A DNA stretch of 64,000 nt from assembly GCA_043228905.1 (NCBI GenBank), contig JBHGNT010000017.1:5704001-5768000 (forward strand), read 5' to 3'. This DNA comes from Azolla caroliniana. Taxonomy: Eukaryota > Plantae > Polypodiophyta. The translations under genes and the position numbers were made by a program. Shown here piece after piece: positions 62,601 to 64,000 of this stretch. The notes under the pieces are model-generated. The model did not search any database, was not told the origin of the DNA, and saw only the letters and a list, made by a program, of their open reading frames with translations. Numbering within the stretch: the first letter of the stretch is position 1; every line of letters begins with the position of its first letter.

Positions 62601-64000
62601 AATACTAACTGTTAATTGGGCTAATAACATATTGCTAACTTGCTTAGGGGGAATGGAACCACTAATGGGTTGCACAGATCTAGGGTTGTCCAACCAAACG
62701 GCTCCTATTTTGGATGGACTTAGTCGTTTAACTCTTCTTCTAACTGACTAAGGACATCAAATTTGTTCGATAGATTTGAGCTATTAGTACTATTAGGACT
62801 ATAAGATATTCCTATTGAAATAGACTCGGGTTTAGTACAATTAGAACTAGCAACTATTTGGTTTACCTGTCTTCTTGGCCTATGGGGACAGTTCACTACA
62901 ATATGCCCTGGTCCACCGAAATAAAGACATAGTTGATTTGCTCTACGTCGCCACTTTTCTTCTTCCGATAATGGTCCGTGATGATGTGTAGTGTCAATTT
63001 CCATTTGAGTTGGAGTATTCACTGGAGGCGCATTATATGACTCCCTTGGAAAAGGTTTTGCTACCACTAAGGCGTAGGTGGGCTCTAATCTTGCCCTTGG
63101 CATCTGGAACTGACGTTCCGAACGTCGTTCAAAAAGACGGTTGTTGCATCTCACTACGCGACTAATTGCTTTTGTCAATGACTTTGGTTCTTCGGGGAAG
63201 GTCAAGAGTAAATCCTTGACATCGTTACGTAGACCATAACGAAATTGCTCCATTAATGCTTGGTCATCCCAAGGGATATCGGAGGCGAGTAGGCGGAAAT
63301 CTGCAGAGTATGCAGAGGCTAGAGGATCACCTTGACGTAATCGTTGGATTTTGTTGATTGTTGTCCTTATCCTGTCAGTATCTCCAAAACAGGCTTTAAA
63401 CTCACTTAAAAACTCTTCAAAATTGTTTAGTAAAGAAGATTCCTTTTCTAACAACGGAACGAACCATGTCAAAGTTGAGCCACTTAACAACGTGCCTACT
63501 AAACCCTCTCGTGATGCATCGGTGGGATATCGGGAAGGATGCATTTGAATGACTAATCGTACCTGATTAAGGAATCCTCTAAACTGCGATCGCGTTCCAT
63601 CGAATTTCATGGGAAGGCCGATCTTGGGTTCTTTATGAATCCCTTGCGTACTAGGTCCTTGTTGTTGAATCACTACTATGGTTGCTTCGAGTTGTTGCAC
63701 GTGTAATGCTAGTTCCACATGTTGTTGTTGCGTCTGTTGCTTCTCTAAGGAGATTTGTTAAAGCTCCCCAAATAGTCATTGATGAGGAATAAGAGATTAG
63801 TATGAAGGGAGGGAGAAATAAGGAGATAAAGGAAGAGAAGGAAGGAGAATAATCGGTTCAAACTGTCAAGAATAGTACTAAGACAGAGAAGGAATTAGTA
63901 CTAAAAGATGAGGATTAGTACTAAGGGAGATGTAGAACTCTTGAGAGAAGTAAAGAGTGAGTAAGGGAGAGAGAGAGAGAGAGAGAGAATGATAATAACA
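59603..64000 (-). mobile_element. Tcn1/chromovirus-like Ty3/Gypsy retrotransposon, degenerate; 5' LTR runs off the window
   Basis: gag 62720-63718 (PMKFDGTRSQFRGFLNQ, zinc knuckle CLYxGGPGHIVVNC), protease LLDSGA, RT YLDD, RNaseH DASDFA, integrase GLLEPL..WQSIALDF..SDHGPQF. LTR 3' end (..TGACA) at 63864. Confidence 0.9.

Overview
Eukaryotic land-plant genomic DNA, probably a seed-free plant such as a fern or lycophyte (inferred from TE lineages and large TE-filled introns, not proven). The left ~36 kb holds one complete 34-exon gene on the + strand (3557-35571). I traced it exon by exon into an uninterrupted ~1800-aa ECM29 (proteasome adaptor/scaffold, HEAT-repeat) ORF with one GC-AG intron. 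Its introns are packed with 5'-truncated copies of a (TTTC)n-tailed LINE and two deleted Copia elements. A short intronless orphan ORF lies head-to-head with it. The right ~28 kb is a nest of transposons: Ulp1-like and MULE remnants, tRNA-Trp-primed Gypsy pieces, a young Copia (42374-56188), and a Tcn1-like Gypsy. The standout is an 8.16-kb cut-and-paste DNA transposon (45849-54008) inserted in the young Copia's RT. It has an exact 8-bp TSD (GCCGACGG), bipartite inverted termini (CCC[A/G]GGGACT[T/C]CACTAT plus an inner 13-bp repeat 34 bp from each end) and a P-element/THAP9-like transposase fragment. The P superfamily is not a standard part of land-plant TE catalogues. The element is filled with ~6 kb of TA/CA microsatellite carrying a Mutator-type hairpin MITE and an L1 fragment.
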